Below the pieces are notes generated by a model. It worked only from the letters and a program-made list of their open reading frames with translations. It searched no databases and was not told the origin of the DNA. Below are positions 1-15,360 of a stretch of 64,000 nt of DNA, piece after piece. Within the stretch, counting starts at the first letter, position 1. Each line of letters begins with the position of its first letter. The translations under genes were made by a program, and so were the position numbers. The DNA is taken from NCBI GenBank assembly GCA_050084515.1, contig CM114271.1, positions 29,016,001 through 29,080,000 of the forward strand. Direction: 5' to 3'. This DNA comes from Blasia pusilla (lineage: Eukaryota).

Positions 1-2883
1 ACCCAACATGATGATGAGGGTAGAGAGTTTGTGGTGGCTTATGCTAGCCGCTCGAACAACGCTGCAGAGGCAAAGCACAGCTCGTATAAGGGTGAGTGTT
101 TGGCTGCGATGTGGGCTGTCGCGCATTTCAGGCGTTACTTATTCGGAAACCCCTTTACCATCATCACTGATCATCAACCACTGAAGTGGTTGATGGAGTC
201 CCACAAGCTCATAGGGAAGCTTGGGAGATGGGCTGTGTTGTTGCAGGAATATGATTTTCAGGTGGTACATAGACCTGGGACGCTCAACCAGGATGCAGAT
301 GGGTTGAGTCGTAACCCATGCCCGAGTCAGCGAGATGCGATTGGAGCTCGATGGCATGGAGAGAGTGATGAGGAGTCAGTGCCAGGATGGCATTCGTCAG
401 CCTATTTAGGCATGTTGGCTATGGAGAGCTAGAGTATGGAGACTTCGATGGCGAGGTCTAGTAGAGAGTCCTTGGATCCCGATGCCAGTGAGGAGACGAC
501 AGGTGGCCGAGATATTCATGATGATGGAGTAGTCTTGGAGTACCTTCGGACTAGCAGCGTTGCGAGCACCGTGGGTGCTAGAGAGCGGGATCGGATCCTA
601 CAGCGGGCCATACAGTTCCGTTGGGAGGGGACACATGTTTTGAGGGTTTGGGAGGATGGCAGAGTACGCGTAGTGCCACATCCTTCGTTGAGAGCACGAC
701 TAGTGCAGCATGCCCACGAGGAGTTGGGTCACTTTGGGGTGAAGCGGACGTATAGCTTGCTCCAGATTCAGTTTTGGTGGCGAGGCATGCAGACTGACGT
801 TCAGCAGTTTGTTTCCAAGTGCATGGTGTGTGATCGGGTCCGAGCATCGTTCAATGCTCCGACTCCACAGTTGCATCCATTACCGATCATGGGCTTAGGG
901 TATAGATGGAGTTTGGATTTTGCAGGACCTTTGCCTTTGACGGAGTGTCACAGTCGTTATGTGTTGGTGATGGTCGAGCACTTCTCGAAGTGGATCGAGT
1001 TGGTTGCATTGCTTGACAAAGCGAGTGAGGGAGTAGCTTATGCCTTCCTTGACAGAGTGCTGAGTCATTATGGCGCACCCGTTGAGGTGTTGACAGACCT
1101 AGGTACTGAGTTTCGCGGTGAGTTCCACGCCTTGTGTGATCACGAGCTCATCGACCATCTTACGACTTCGTGAGATCATCCCGAGGCGGATGGATTAGCG
1201 GAGACAGTTGTGCAGACGGTGAAGAAGGGTTTACGCAAGTATGGCTTGCAAAGAGGTCACCTAGGAGATTGGGACCTCCAGTTGCCCTGGTTGGCGATGG
1301 GATACAGATTCAGCAGGCAGGCATCCTTAGCGTGTTTTTCACCGTACTTGCTACTTTATGGCCGAGAGCCAGATTTACCTGCGGCCATTCGTCGAGATGT
1401 TGGTGAGGTGCTGGACCTTGATGACCTAGATGTATGGGTGCGAGCATGTTCTCAAAGGGCTGAGTTATTTCGGAGAGTGATGCCCATGGCGGTCTAGAAC
1501 TTGACGATTGCGCAACATGGGGATACGTTGAGGTATGCGACTATTCGAGGTGATGGTTATCGACCAACTATCCGAAGGTTTCATCAGGGAGATTATGTCT
1601 ACTTGCAGCAAACGGCACCAACGACGTTGGATGTGACTACAGGGCGCACTATCCTGAGAGTGCATGACGTTTTGCCATCCGGTGTTCTCTTGCTGGAGGG
1701 ACGCGATGGTATGGTATGGAAGGACCATATGTGTAATTTTGCACCATGTCACCTTCTTGACATTGATGGTACAGATCCAAGCTTAGCAGTAGTTCCTGCA
1801 TGCTTGCATTGTATGTTGTGTGGTTCTGCCCGTGGTGCGGCCACAATGCTAGTCTGTGATGGTTGTTCGAGAGGTTGGCATATGGCATGTCTGACGCCAC
1901 CTCTCACTAGGGTTCCTCCGGGACGATGGATGTGTCCCAGATGTACATAAAGGAGATACTAGGTAGGTTTTAATCCCGACTTTTTCTCTAATATGGATGA
2001 CAGGAAGGCGACTAACGATGGAGCCACATGAGCACCCGACCTTCTTGGTCTTAACATCCGAGAGATGTATGTCATGGTAGGTAGGGATAGATGGCTATCC
2101 GGAGTTAGAGGGACCTAACCACCAGCTAGGGGAGCGATTGGAGATATTTTGGTACTTCTTGTCTCGTTGTTTGGATGCCATGAGTTAGCATGGGATTGTG
2201 TGTGTGTTCGGTGACAGCGATGTGTATGCGCACGACAGTTATCACGTCCTTTAGGATAGATCAGTGAGATCTAGTAGAGCTTCTTCAAGAGCAGTGGAGG
2301 ACAGGCCTAGGAGGTCGAGGATGACCTGCTGAGGCCCCGAGAAACCTGAGAGAGCAGGTTTCCCTTTCGTTTTGGCTTATTTGGAGCCATATTGAGGAAC
2401 TTACTATTTTAGGTAAGTACCATATCGAGTATATGATCGACTTTATATTTTTGGTAAGTGGCCCTTGATCTCCTACATCAGGTCAAGAGCCAAGGAGGTG
2501 ACTTGGGAGAATAGGTTACCATGGAGAGGGCTTGGGAGAGGGGAGGGATATATATCCCAAGGAGAGAGAGCTTGAGAGCTCATTCTCTCTTTGTTGAACC
2601 TCTTGGCATGAGGCGGCGGAGCTATGGTCCCTTGCCTTATGAGTGTAACCCGAGCCTCTCATTAGGAGAGTGGGTTTGGTTTGACATGAGAGAGAGTGCA
2701 CACCTTTGAGAGCTATGGTGTGAGATGGTGTAGAGAGAAATTGGATCTTACTTTAATTGGAGATATTTTGGTACTTCTTGTCTCGTTGTTTGGATGCCAT
2801 AAGTTAGCATGGGATCGTGCGTGTTTGTGTGTATGTTCGGTGACAGCGATGTATGTTGTGTAGCGATGTGTATGCGCACGACA
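1..2883 (+). mobile_element. 3' part of a Ty3/Gypsy-type retrotransposon (RNase H, integrase, PHD finger) ending in split repeats B1-GT-A2-B2; degenerate
   Basis: RNase H (VAYASR..ECLAAMWAVAHFRRYL..TDHQPL), integrase HHCC (HAHEELGHFG..CMVC) and core (WSLDFAGP, LTDLGTEF), PHD CMLC..CDGC..WHMAC..CPRC. In-frame stops present. B1 2137-2237, GT 2238-2239, A2 2240-2755, B2 2756-2883 ending GCACGACA. Confidence 0.9.
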
Positions 2884-3160
2884 CGTCTTCCGAACATTGA
2901 CGGTACAGTTGATCCGAGCTTAGCAATAGTTCGTGCAGGCTTGCAGTGTATGTTGAGTGGTTCCGCCCGTGGTGCAGCCACTATGCTAGTCTGTGATGGA
3001 TGTTCGAGAGGATGGCATAGGGGATGTTTAACGCCACCGCTCACTAGGGTTCCTCAGGGACAATGGATGTGTCCTAGATGTTCATTGAGTAGGTAGTTCT
3101 ACATTCCGTCTTGTGTCTCTAACATGGATGACAAGAAGACGACTAACGATGGGCTCGTTC
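2884..3160 (+). mobile_element. Remnant PHD-finger/3' end of a related retrotransposon copy, into which the element ending at 2883 appears to have inserted
   Basis: Sequence resumes mid-domain (LPNIDGTVDPSLAIVRAGLQCMLSGSARGAATMLVCDGCSRGWH..CPRC), nearly the same as about 1750-1950, followed by the shared GACTAACGATGG motif. Confidence 0.75.
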
Positions 3161-3767
3161 CTTCCTTTATCATTTTATTTTACTTTTTCGACCTCAAATT
3201 GAGTACACCATCCAAACAAGCACAATTGGGTTGATAGGAGTTACTTTGATCTAAAAGAACGGTCCTCAAGTTTCATGAACAAAATGTGTGGATAAAAATA
3301 ATTACCCATGTGAATAAAGGTAACCCTCTTCCAACCGCCAATGAAGGCATGGCACGATTGGATCTCCGAAAAAAAATAGTCCCAAATGACAATTAATAAT
3401 AGAGTGCTTCACTTGGCCCATGGAAATAGTAGTGAATGACAAATTTTTTTTCAATGATTCACTTCTTATAGAAGGCAATTTTTTCTTTCTCCTTTCGGTA
3501 ACCCCATTCTAAACCTTACCGGAGAGATTCTAGATGATATAATAAGTTTCATTTTTTCTATGCATGCTCTCACAAATTTCAAAACTCGGCGTGCATCGCA
3601 CCGGTACGGTAGATTCACATCCTTTCCGATGGCTATTCATAGCGGTTATCTCATGATTTGCAAATACCTTTCACATGGGCGTGAGACGACAAGAAGTGTT
3701 TTTGAGTTTCGGACAGATGATTCATGGTAAGAAGAAAAGAAACGACCCTCATATAGATAATGGTTTC

Positions 3768-3827
3768 TTCTAGAAGCCCGGAGCTCCTTCTTCTCCTCGG
3801 CCCTTCGTGGGATTCTCTAGAAGCTGC
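3768..3827 (+). promoter_or_regulatory. Possible heat-shock elements upstream of Hsp70 copy 1
   Basis: TTCtaGAA at 3768-3775 and imperfect GGA-tt-CTC-ta-GAA-gc-TGC at about 3810-3827, roughly 350-400 bp before the ATG. Neither is a perfect 3-unit HSE. Confidence 0.3.
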
Positions 3828-4173
3828 TGGGTTTTCTGCCAGCAGCGCGGATTGAGGTGCTGATTCGCGACGAACCGAGAAGTGACGGTCACTCAAACTC
3901 TGCGGCGAGCTAACATCGTCGTCGGTTCGTCGAATTGCATTCGTTTTCGTTTGTTTAAAAGCTTCGCTCGCGCACTCTGTGGAGACAGATAGCAGCGAGC
4001 TCACGGATTACGAGTCACAGAGCGGAGTGGAGAAGAAGACAGCGGACGAGAGCAGACAAGTAGTAGACTGATTTTCGACTATCGTGGTCGTCATCAATCT
4101 CTCGGGAGGATCACGTCAAGCGCTTTCTGCCGGCGGAATTTCATCTGTGCGCGAGGGGTTTGGATCTGTCACC

Positions 4174-7049
<2,876 letters not shown>

Positions 7050-8410
7050 AACCTTTTGACGAGAATCCATTAGAAAGCAATACAGGAACTCCTTTCGTAG
7101 TAGAAGCATGAGCTCCACATGAGTACATTAACAGAGTGTAGTCTAGTCTCGCGAATTGCTATGTCCTTCATAGTTAGTAGGACATGGTCCCGATGAAGCC
7201 TTGCAACACTCGGTCCCTCAATTGACAGCGGAGGAAGAGCTAGGTGCTGTGTACAATCATCCAGTGCATTTTTGACCATAGAGAATTGCTGCTCTGACCT
7301 TATCTTCCAGTCTGAAGGAAATTTGGTGTGGCCCTGTCAACAGAATATTAGTTGCCGAAGGCTGCATTGTATTATGTTTAGATGGTAGTTTTGTACCATT
7401 ACGATGAAAAGCTGGTCGCGACATGATACGTGACCATTTGAAAGAATTGGGTCGAATTCTCTTCACTTGCTTGGTAAAACCACTTCGTATGACTTTCTGG
7501 AATTGGGACAATGTGCCTAAACCCTCACTGTCGAGTTTGAAATATCCTCCGACCTGGATCAATATTTACCAATTCTCTCACTTCGTGCTGCGTCGCAGTC
7601 GAACTACCATAATGTTGATTTGCTATTGCCTTCACCGTAGTACTGGTGGACATGAATGTTGCACACACTAATTGTCTTTTACTAGTCGGTATCCGGGCAG
7701 ACCAGGACTGTTGCGTCCTCTCCTTCGCACGGTGGCGAATAGAAATGGGATAGCAATACGAGAAATGTCAATTTTTAGCTTCCAAAAATCAATTCATGAA
7801 TCGACGGAAGCCGATCGTAGATAGACTACGACCAAGAACTGTAATGTGGCATCTGATTTTCTACCCAACCGCAACGTGAAGATAGAATAACGCATCATAC
7901 GTCTTAGTGCTCGTAACACTGAGCACTAAGACGACGTGGGGTCCAAACTCAGGTGCATCGGAACCCAGCTGGTGACCGTCCTACCTTCAAGCTGGCAAGT
8001 CAGCCAACTAAATCCTCAAATCCGAACGAATCGATAACCCGGAAAATTTCCTATTTGTTTATCTGAAACCTATAGGATTCTATAGGTGACAGCTATTGCT
8101 ATCTCTAGTTAGGACCAGGAATGGATACTATTTAAATACTCTCTCCATGTACTTCTTAAAGGTAATAGAGTGTCAACGTAAATCTATGTACACGTGTGAG
8201 TATGAGGAGAGAAAAAATAGGCGATTGTAAATCCAAATGTGGACAAATATGGCTAAGGCAATCATATACCTACATAATTAAAAGAGGATGGGATGTGAAG
8301 AACCCTTCCTCCTATATTGGCACAAATCATTGTTCACTCTTATGGGCTTACATGTGTAATGTAAGCACCCGAAATCTTAATAGGTAACTTAAGAAGTTAA
8401 GATGTCTTTC

Positions 8411-8434
8411 ACCCGTGCATAGTGCGGGTCTAGT
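8411..8434 (+). mobile_element. Helitron-like 3' terminus
   Basis: ACCCGTGCATAGTGCGGGT hairpin followed immediately by CTAG|T. The 5' end was not identified. Confidence 0.4.
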
Positions 8435-8819
8435 TTGACATATTTCCGATCAGATGAGCTGCATATGAGGGTGGTGCAAAGGAAGCATGTACATGAGGGT
8501 GGTGGGAAGGTAGCTTGTTAAAGGCGATGGTGCTTATGGGCAACTTACTAGTGTTAATAATTAAAAGATGTGTAAGTAGATAGAAAGAAGGCTAATGAAG
8601 GCGTCCACATAGTTTCCAAGAGCAGAATCGATAATTTCTGGTTATTTAAAGCCAGACACAAATTTTCCATGTGAATTCCAATTGAATAAATATTCACTTT
8701 ATTATAAAAACAAACCTCAAAAGAGGACAAAGAAAGGTAATAACATCTCAAAAGAAGAGTAAAAAAATGCATAATGGAATGAAAAAAGAAAATTGCAACT
8801 AGCCAACTGAAACACCAAC

Positions 8820-9609
8820 TCAACAAGTTACACGATTGATAGTCTGAAACAAATATGACAAGAACACTAGTGGTTGGTCAGATGTGAACGGACGACGAGG
8901 CAAGCGACCCCCTACTACCTCCGCTCGACATATCAATGCCAAGGCTTGTGCACGTTGTGAGGCCATTGAGATGCACCGCCAAAAATAAGTAGTAACTATA
9001 GAGAAAGAAGGACCACATGAAGGGGCAAGGTGATGCTTCTCGAGGGAGTGGTGAGCACATGTTTCTAGGAAAGTATCAAAAGATACATGTAAATGACCAA
9101 ATACTTCCACTGCAAAAGGATTGAATCCATCAGTCGCATGTCTCACAACACAACTTAACTCCTTGATTCTTGCTGCAGCTTCGACCGCCGAACCTTTGGT
9201 ATGTGCGGCTCGACACACCAAATTAGAACGTGTGGGATCAGAAACCACCACATCACTTAGTGTCCAAAATTCACCTCTAGAAATAATAAGATCAACTCTC
9301 CAACAAGAGGTTTATTGTGTGGTCGAAGGTAGGACATGGAGCTTCTCTTGCCCAAAAGTGTACCTTGCAATACAAGCCACCGATGCTAACGCCTCTCTAA
9401 TCACATCATGTGTGGCCGTTCGTTCTCCACCATGTGCACATCGGAGAATATGGATACCTTTTGCATCAATGGAATCCTTGCATACACAATTTGGCACACC
9501 TAACATAGAAGGATGGGGAAGTCCAAGGTGTAACTGCAAAGCTATCGAGAATATACTTTGAGGAAGATAAAATGGAAGAATCAGAGGATTTTCAATAAGC
9601 CATGCCCCC
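8820..9609 (-). pseudogene. C-terminal part (zinc finger plus restriction-like endonuclease) of a CRE-like non-LTR retrotransposon, interrupted by the insertion at 9610-19476
   Basis: CVC..HILRC..G.ERTATHD zinc finger; VVVSDP..KE and FNPFAVEVFG RLE-type motifs. Joins 19477+ in frame (RSCACTGA|GAWL) when a 4-bp TSD is removed. Confidence 0.7.
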
Positions 9610-9978
9610 TGTCATGACCATACGGATTATGTCGTAGAGTATGGTGTGCTAGTAGAGGCCATTCCTTATGTAGGACCGTAGTGGATTGGTAGAGATGCGG
9701 TTCCATACATAGGGTTGGGGTTACTCGGTTGGGGTGACTTTCCCAAGAGGGGCCCGCTCTTAGGTTGGAGGATATAAGGTGGAGTGCACTCAAAGAACAG
9801 TCAGTTCTTTGAGTTGAGCCTCTTGCGTTGGGAGTTAGCCTTGGTAGTGAGTAGAGCTCTTGGCTATGGTGTTTCCCGCAAGCTTCGACCTAGATTCTCC
9901 CATCGTGGAGTGGGTTTGGCTCTCGATTATATGTGATTGTAAACGTGTTTTATGACAGTAGGTCTTTCACGGATTTCA
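9610..9978 (+). repeat. Terminal repeat A1 (369 bp), with a TATA-like GATATAAG at about 9771
   Basis: Near-identical to 19002-19370. Identity stops abruptly after GGATTTCA. No TGG-type tRNA PBS follows. Confidence 0.92.
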
Positions 9979-11689
9979 CTCAAAGAACTGGAGTAGATCG
10001 ATGGTAGCTTCGATTGTAGATCAGTAGGATCTGGTTAGGGCTGATTGTGTACTCAGCCGTGGATGTTCGGGGCTTGTTGCCTATGCTGGAGGTGTGAATC
10101 AGGTGCGTGGTTGGTTGGGAAAGAAGTGCCTTTTAGAGAGCTTTCCAACGCGCTGTAGATCGCCGGATTTCGTCAAGGGAGTTGGAAGTTATCAAGCATT
10201 GAAGATTCTGGTCGTGTTCGACAGTTTTCTGATGTGGAGAGCTTGGAGTGCGGAAGCTGTGTTGAAGTTCATCTAGATCGGGTGAGAGGTTCCTGTTGCT
10301 ACTCGTATTGTGATCTCCTGTGAATCTATCTGCTCGAGTGTGTGGAGCGTTGCGGATTTCTGCGTGCATGAAACTTGGCGGAAGCGCTGTCGGATTTGCG
10401 GTTCTAGAGGTGTATGGACAGCAAGTTTGTTTGATTTTTAGCTCGGAGTACAGAGCTCGGTTGTAGCTGATTTTTTGTGGAGAGATAGCTATGGTGGTCA
10501 ATTGAATTATGATCGAAACAGATTTGATTTCGGTCACGTATTTGTGAAATAATTTCTGATCGAAATTTCGCGGACTAGCTCGAGGTCTGGCTATGGTGGA
10601 CAGCGGATGGGAGGGGCTGGTTGGTTGGTGACTCGTTCATTTTTGGAGACGCCTATCCCGTTGGGGGCGCCCTGGTTGGACCTCTCTCCATAGCGAAGCA
10701 TGGCGAACGGGGCATGTCTCGAGCATTTCTCGAGGCCGAGGCCGAGGCGAGGCCGAGGCAACTCGTGGTAGCTCGGGGCGAGTGGGCGTGAGAGGCGGAG
10801 TAAGGAGCAAGCAAGCAAGCTTGCTTGCTTGGGCGTGAGGCAATTTTTGCAGGATTTGGGATTTGAGTTTTGCATAACTGGTCACCCATCTTTGGGCTAT
10901 TCTGCCTGGAGGACGCTTAACTGCCGAGTTCTTAACTATGCCAGTGTACAGACTGTTGTAGCTCATTTGGTGCTCTTCGGAGATGTGTTAGGCGCTTTAT
11001 GCATCTCAGGTTTTTGGTTGATGTACCTCTAGCGCATAGTACGGTGTAGCCTCTCCATGCAAGTGATATTTTCAGGTGCTGCGAGTTCGACTAGCACGTC
11101 ATCGACCCGCGGCGGAGTAGCTATTGCGTTAGAATTGTGTGGTGGGTTTTGTGGATTCAGGGGGCACCACGTTTGGTGGATTGTGTTACCTTGATTTCCA
11201 TTTGCGGTTGGAGGGTTGTCATTGGACTTCGTATGCGGATCCCCTCCATCGTGCTTCTTCTTGCTTGCGCCCATTGTTAGGGTTGACGCTGATTTCGAGT
11301 AGTGTTACTCTGTGTGCTACCGGTAGTGAGGGTGGAGTGATGACCGATGACCGTGGGAGGCTTCTTGTAGTGATGAGAGGTTAGATTGCCTACACCCATA
11401 GCTAGTAGAGCTACAATAGTAGAGCGACATCGACGTCACTTGGGTAATTTGGTGGTGGTGCGGCATCGGCGTTGGTCATCACAGAGATGTCGGGTGGTCT
11501 GGTTGGGGACCGTGGTGCGGACAGTGGTGGTTTCACACGGAGTGGATTTAGGTATCGGCTACCTTTTCCACTTCCGACGGTTGATTAAGAGGAGGACCAG
11601 GGTGTTCCAAACACCGAGTCTTCTACGTTCTTATCGAGTGTTGCAACTCCATTGATTTGGGACATGGACGGTGGATATGGGGCCATGAA

Positions 11690-14000
11690 GGGCCCACGAC
11701 GATACTCTAAAAATGGGCACCATTGAGTTGGAGGACTTCATGCAAGAGTTTGATACGTGGTGTGATATGCGGATGTTGGTGAACGCACGTTGTTTACACC
11801 CTTCTTGGCTTGGAAGGGGTTGTTTCAGCACTTGGAAGGACCACCCATGGATGATTACCATGAGTTTAGGAAGGACCATGTTGTTGAGATTGAGGCATGG
11901 AGACAATATTGGTCTCCAGGCTATGTGTCTATCACCCATGGTGGTATTGGTAGTAGTGCTCCTACTATGCCAGCCAGCCCGACGTTGAGTGGTACGAGCA
12001 CGAGCCGGGGGGGTACCGGTGGAGGTACTAGTGCCCCACCATCGTTCACCGGTTGCGAGAGTTCTTCAAGAGGTTGAAGAAGAACTATCGAGGAGTGAAG
12101 ACGGAGAAGTTGAGGAATCTTCAGGACTTTGAGCGAAAGACTCGGTGAGAGTCTTCGTGAGGCATACACTCGTATGCAACGCTTGATTTCGATTACCAGG
12201 GTGTGGCGAGGATCAGCGATCGATTTTGGTATGGGATCTTGACAGAGATTTGCGCCGTAGGGTGCGTGATGCTACTCTTATGAGTGATGATTCACCCACA
12301 TTGACCCATGTGTTTGCTTTATCTCAGAAGATTGAGCTTAACATGATGAAGGAGAGAGTGGTGACATCCGCATTCAAGAGGGGATACAACTACTACTTCT
12401 CGTGTTCGGCCGCCCACCTCACGATCTCGTAGTAGTGGTGGTGGTAGTAGTAGTGGGAGTCGTGGGGGTACACACGACCTCGTCAAGTCCTAGAGGGACA
12501 TTTGTGCAAAGACCATTGCCTTCATTTGCTGCCCCGCAGCAGGGCGATCATGTTGGACATGTGGAGGTGATCATGTTAGGAAGTTTTGTCCCCAAGAGGA
12601 TGGGAGACGGACTTTGGAGGATGGGCCTCAATCGGCCCCAACTCAGTGTGATCATTGCAGGAGACTAGGTCATCCACGAGAGCATTGCTTTGATCTTCAT
12701 CCAGAGTTGAGATCAGGCCGTGGCCGTGGTGGAGTAGCTCGAGAGGCCGAGGTGGTTGAGGTGGTAGGGGTGGTAGAGGTGGACCGGTGGTTGGAGAGCC
12801 TACGGTGGCTACCCCTACCCACTACTGACAGAGTCGACTATGGTCGCCATGATTGAGCAGATTGGGAGCGAAGTTGGCTACTATGGTGGTATCCGGGATA
12901 GATCGAGTTCGGGAGCAGGGCTTCCACCTCTTATGGAGGGATGATCTCTCTTATATGGCGAAAAGACAAAGTTGAGGCATCGGTGCGATTTAGAGGAGCC
13001 ACTCGAGCGTCGAGCCACGTGGTGCTCTTCAGGAGTTGGACCCACAGAGGGGTGAGGCCGAGGCAGGCTAGGCTTCCCAGTCATTCTTGTTGTCGAGGTG
13101 CTTAGGACTCCATCCATGGTTCCTCACGCAGCCTATTGAGCGGCAGTGGGGACCGAGGCATCTACATCGAGTGTAGTAGACACGGATGCAAAGCATCCAA
13201 TGCGATGTGCGGATGGCAACCCGGTGTTGGGATCCCCATTGTTTTCGCCACGAGTCGATGGCTTTAGGAGTTGACTTAGCTCTGTATTTCAGTAGCGACC
13301 ACGTTGTGTGAACGTGGAGGTGTTTCTTGCTACACGTGTTGAAGTGGATGAGGGTGTTGCGGTGGAGCGACCCTCTATGTCGGGAGTAGCATTGAGTACG
13401 GTGCTACTTGGCAAAAGCGGCGGCGAAGATGGATGCATTACCAGCCCGGCTAGCCATTGATCGTGAGAGGCTTACACCTGGTGTATGTATGTTGGACAAC
13501 CGGAGTGGGATCTTCCGATTGGTGAGTCCTACAGGACATGTGTATAGACCAGATAGAGTCTTGTTAGACTCTGGTGCCCAACCTTTGATGTTGGGAAAGG
13601 CGGCATGTATTGGTTTGGGTATTCGAAGGTCAGAGCTTGAGCCTTGCCCATTCTAGATTCAAACATCACTTGGAGGAGCCAATGATAGGTTATATATATC
13701 ATTATATTCGAACTCTACTCTGAAAATATTTCGATTAGATGTAAATGATTTCAAACTTGCCCCGCTTGACATCAAAGCAAGGGAGCTTTATCAAGAGGCA
13801 GTGAATGCCCTCAATTCATGACACGGGAGAAGTTTTCTGTACAGTTGAGACTAGATCATGCGACTGATAGCTCCCGGTTGGGAGTATCTGCGGTAGTCAC
13901 ATCAGCCGAGTCGTATGATGTACTAGTTGGAGGAGCAGTATTGTACCCGATGGGTTTTCAGATGGATTATCGGATCGGAGACAGCGTCTTCTGAGACCTG
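11690..14000 (+). pseudogene. Gag (zinc knuckles) and aspartic protease of the retrotransposon
   Basis: CWTCGGDH..C and CDHCRRLGHPREHC knuckles; VLLDSGAQP protease active site at about 13560; YDVLVGGAVL downstream. Multiple frameshifts and an AT-rich insertion at about 13690-13810. Confidence 0.75.
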
Positions 14001-14409
14001 GTTGGCAGTCCGGGGATGGACGTATGAGCCAAGTTCCTGTGAGATTTATTTCTGGGGCTCGACCAGGAGGGTCTTCCCCAACAGTGTTAGCATTTGTGGC
14101 TGGTTTTAGTGGAGTAGTCATTTGGCCCGGAGACTTTTTGGAGGGTAATGTTTCTGCTATGGATTCTCCTGCGCATGAGGAGGTAGAGGAGGTCCCTATT
14201 TTTGCAGCAGTGGCATCCTCATCGTTGGATGTGCCACTTTGGAGTTCAGGCGGTGCACTACCGCAGGAGGCTGATCGCCTAGTGCATGAGGCTTGGTGTG
14301 AGGCTGTTATACCTCACGAGGAAGAGGAGTCCCTACGGCGGACTCCTACTTTTGGTCCAGCTGGGTTATCCCCTTTGGATACTACACCCATTGTATGGCA
14401 GTATCCGCC

Positions 14410-15360
14410 GGAGGGTATTTGTGTGTTAGATCTCTTTGGTGGGATTAGCACTGGTTTGGATGCAGTGTTGCAGGCCGGTATTCCTCTGCGGAGATACGTG
14501 TATGTGGAGCGAGATGAGACGGCCCAGAGAGTCTCATCTCGACATATTGGTCAGTTGATGCGGAGATACCCAAAGTTGTTGCCGCCATCAGCTATTCGTG
14601 GATACCAGCGTGCTTTACCATCACACATTGCATTGTTGAGCGCGGGACCTTGAGAGGGTTGGTCCTGTGGATTTGGTGATTCTTTGGATGGCCATGTCGG
14701 TCATACACGTCTTTGGTCGTGGTGAGGGATTACATGACCCTAGGTCTCGATTGTTTTGGGAGATGTTACGGGTGTTACAACATCTTGAGTTCATCGAGCA
14801 CGTGCTCTAGCTTACATTCGGAGAATGTTCCATTGTTGGGTGACACTCGGACCCGGATGATGGCGAGTGTTCATGAGGTGCGGTCTTGGATTGGACGGTG
14901 GTGTTGGATGCGTGGCGAGTTGGCTCGCGTGCACATAAATCCACGCTTGTGGTGGACAAACTTGTTGCCTAGGGAGGTTCTCGTCGAGCATATGATGCAA
15001 AGGTAACGGGATCCTCGCCTTACGGTGGATAGTATCTTGATCTTTGGCGACTTTCTCAAGTGGTGAGGGTTATTGATCGGTCACCCATGGCGGTGGTGAA
15101 CCGTGTGGGGCGACCTAGGATGGCACTACCCACATTTGTGAGTTTTCCTCGTCACATGCCTCTGAGGAAGGTGGTCAGGGCTTGTATGGGATTCTCATGT
15201 GCGGCGGTTGGTGGAGCCTAACGCTGATGAGAGAGAGCGTGCGATGGGATTCGCTATTGGTGTGACAGCGGTTGCTTCTATTTTACGAGGCTTCACGACG
15301 TCATGTGTTGGGTCAGGCCATGGACCTGGAATTGTTTGACTTGGATTTTGAGTCTTGGTA
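14410..15360 (+). pseudogene. C5 cytosine DNA methyltransferase domain (DNMT3-like) embedded in the retrotransposon pol
   Basis: Motifs in canonical order across frames: I VLDLFGGIS, II YVERD, IV GWPC (about 14686), V GLHDPRSRLF, VI ENVP (14821), VIII PRLWWTNL, IX ERERAMGF, X RRHVLGQAM. Confidence 0.85.

Noticed and set aside
7900-7933. Perfect 13-bp stem-loop CGTCTTAGTGCTC/GAGCACTAAGACG; a similar hairpin of about 20 bp at 58246-58289
   Set aside because: Isolated, too short for a miRNA precursor, and without supporting termini or context; function cannot be supported.
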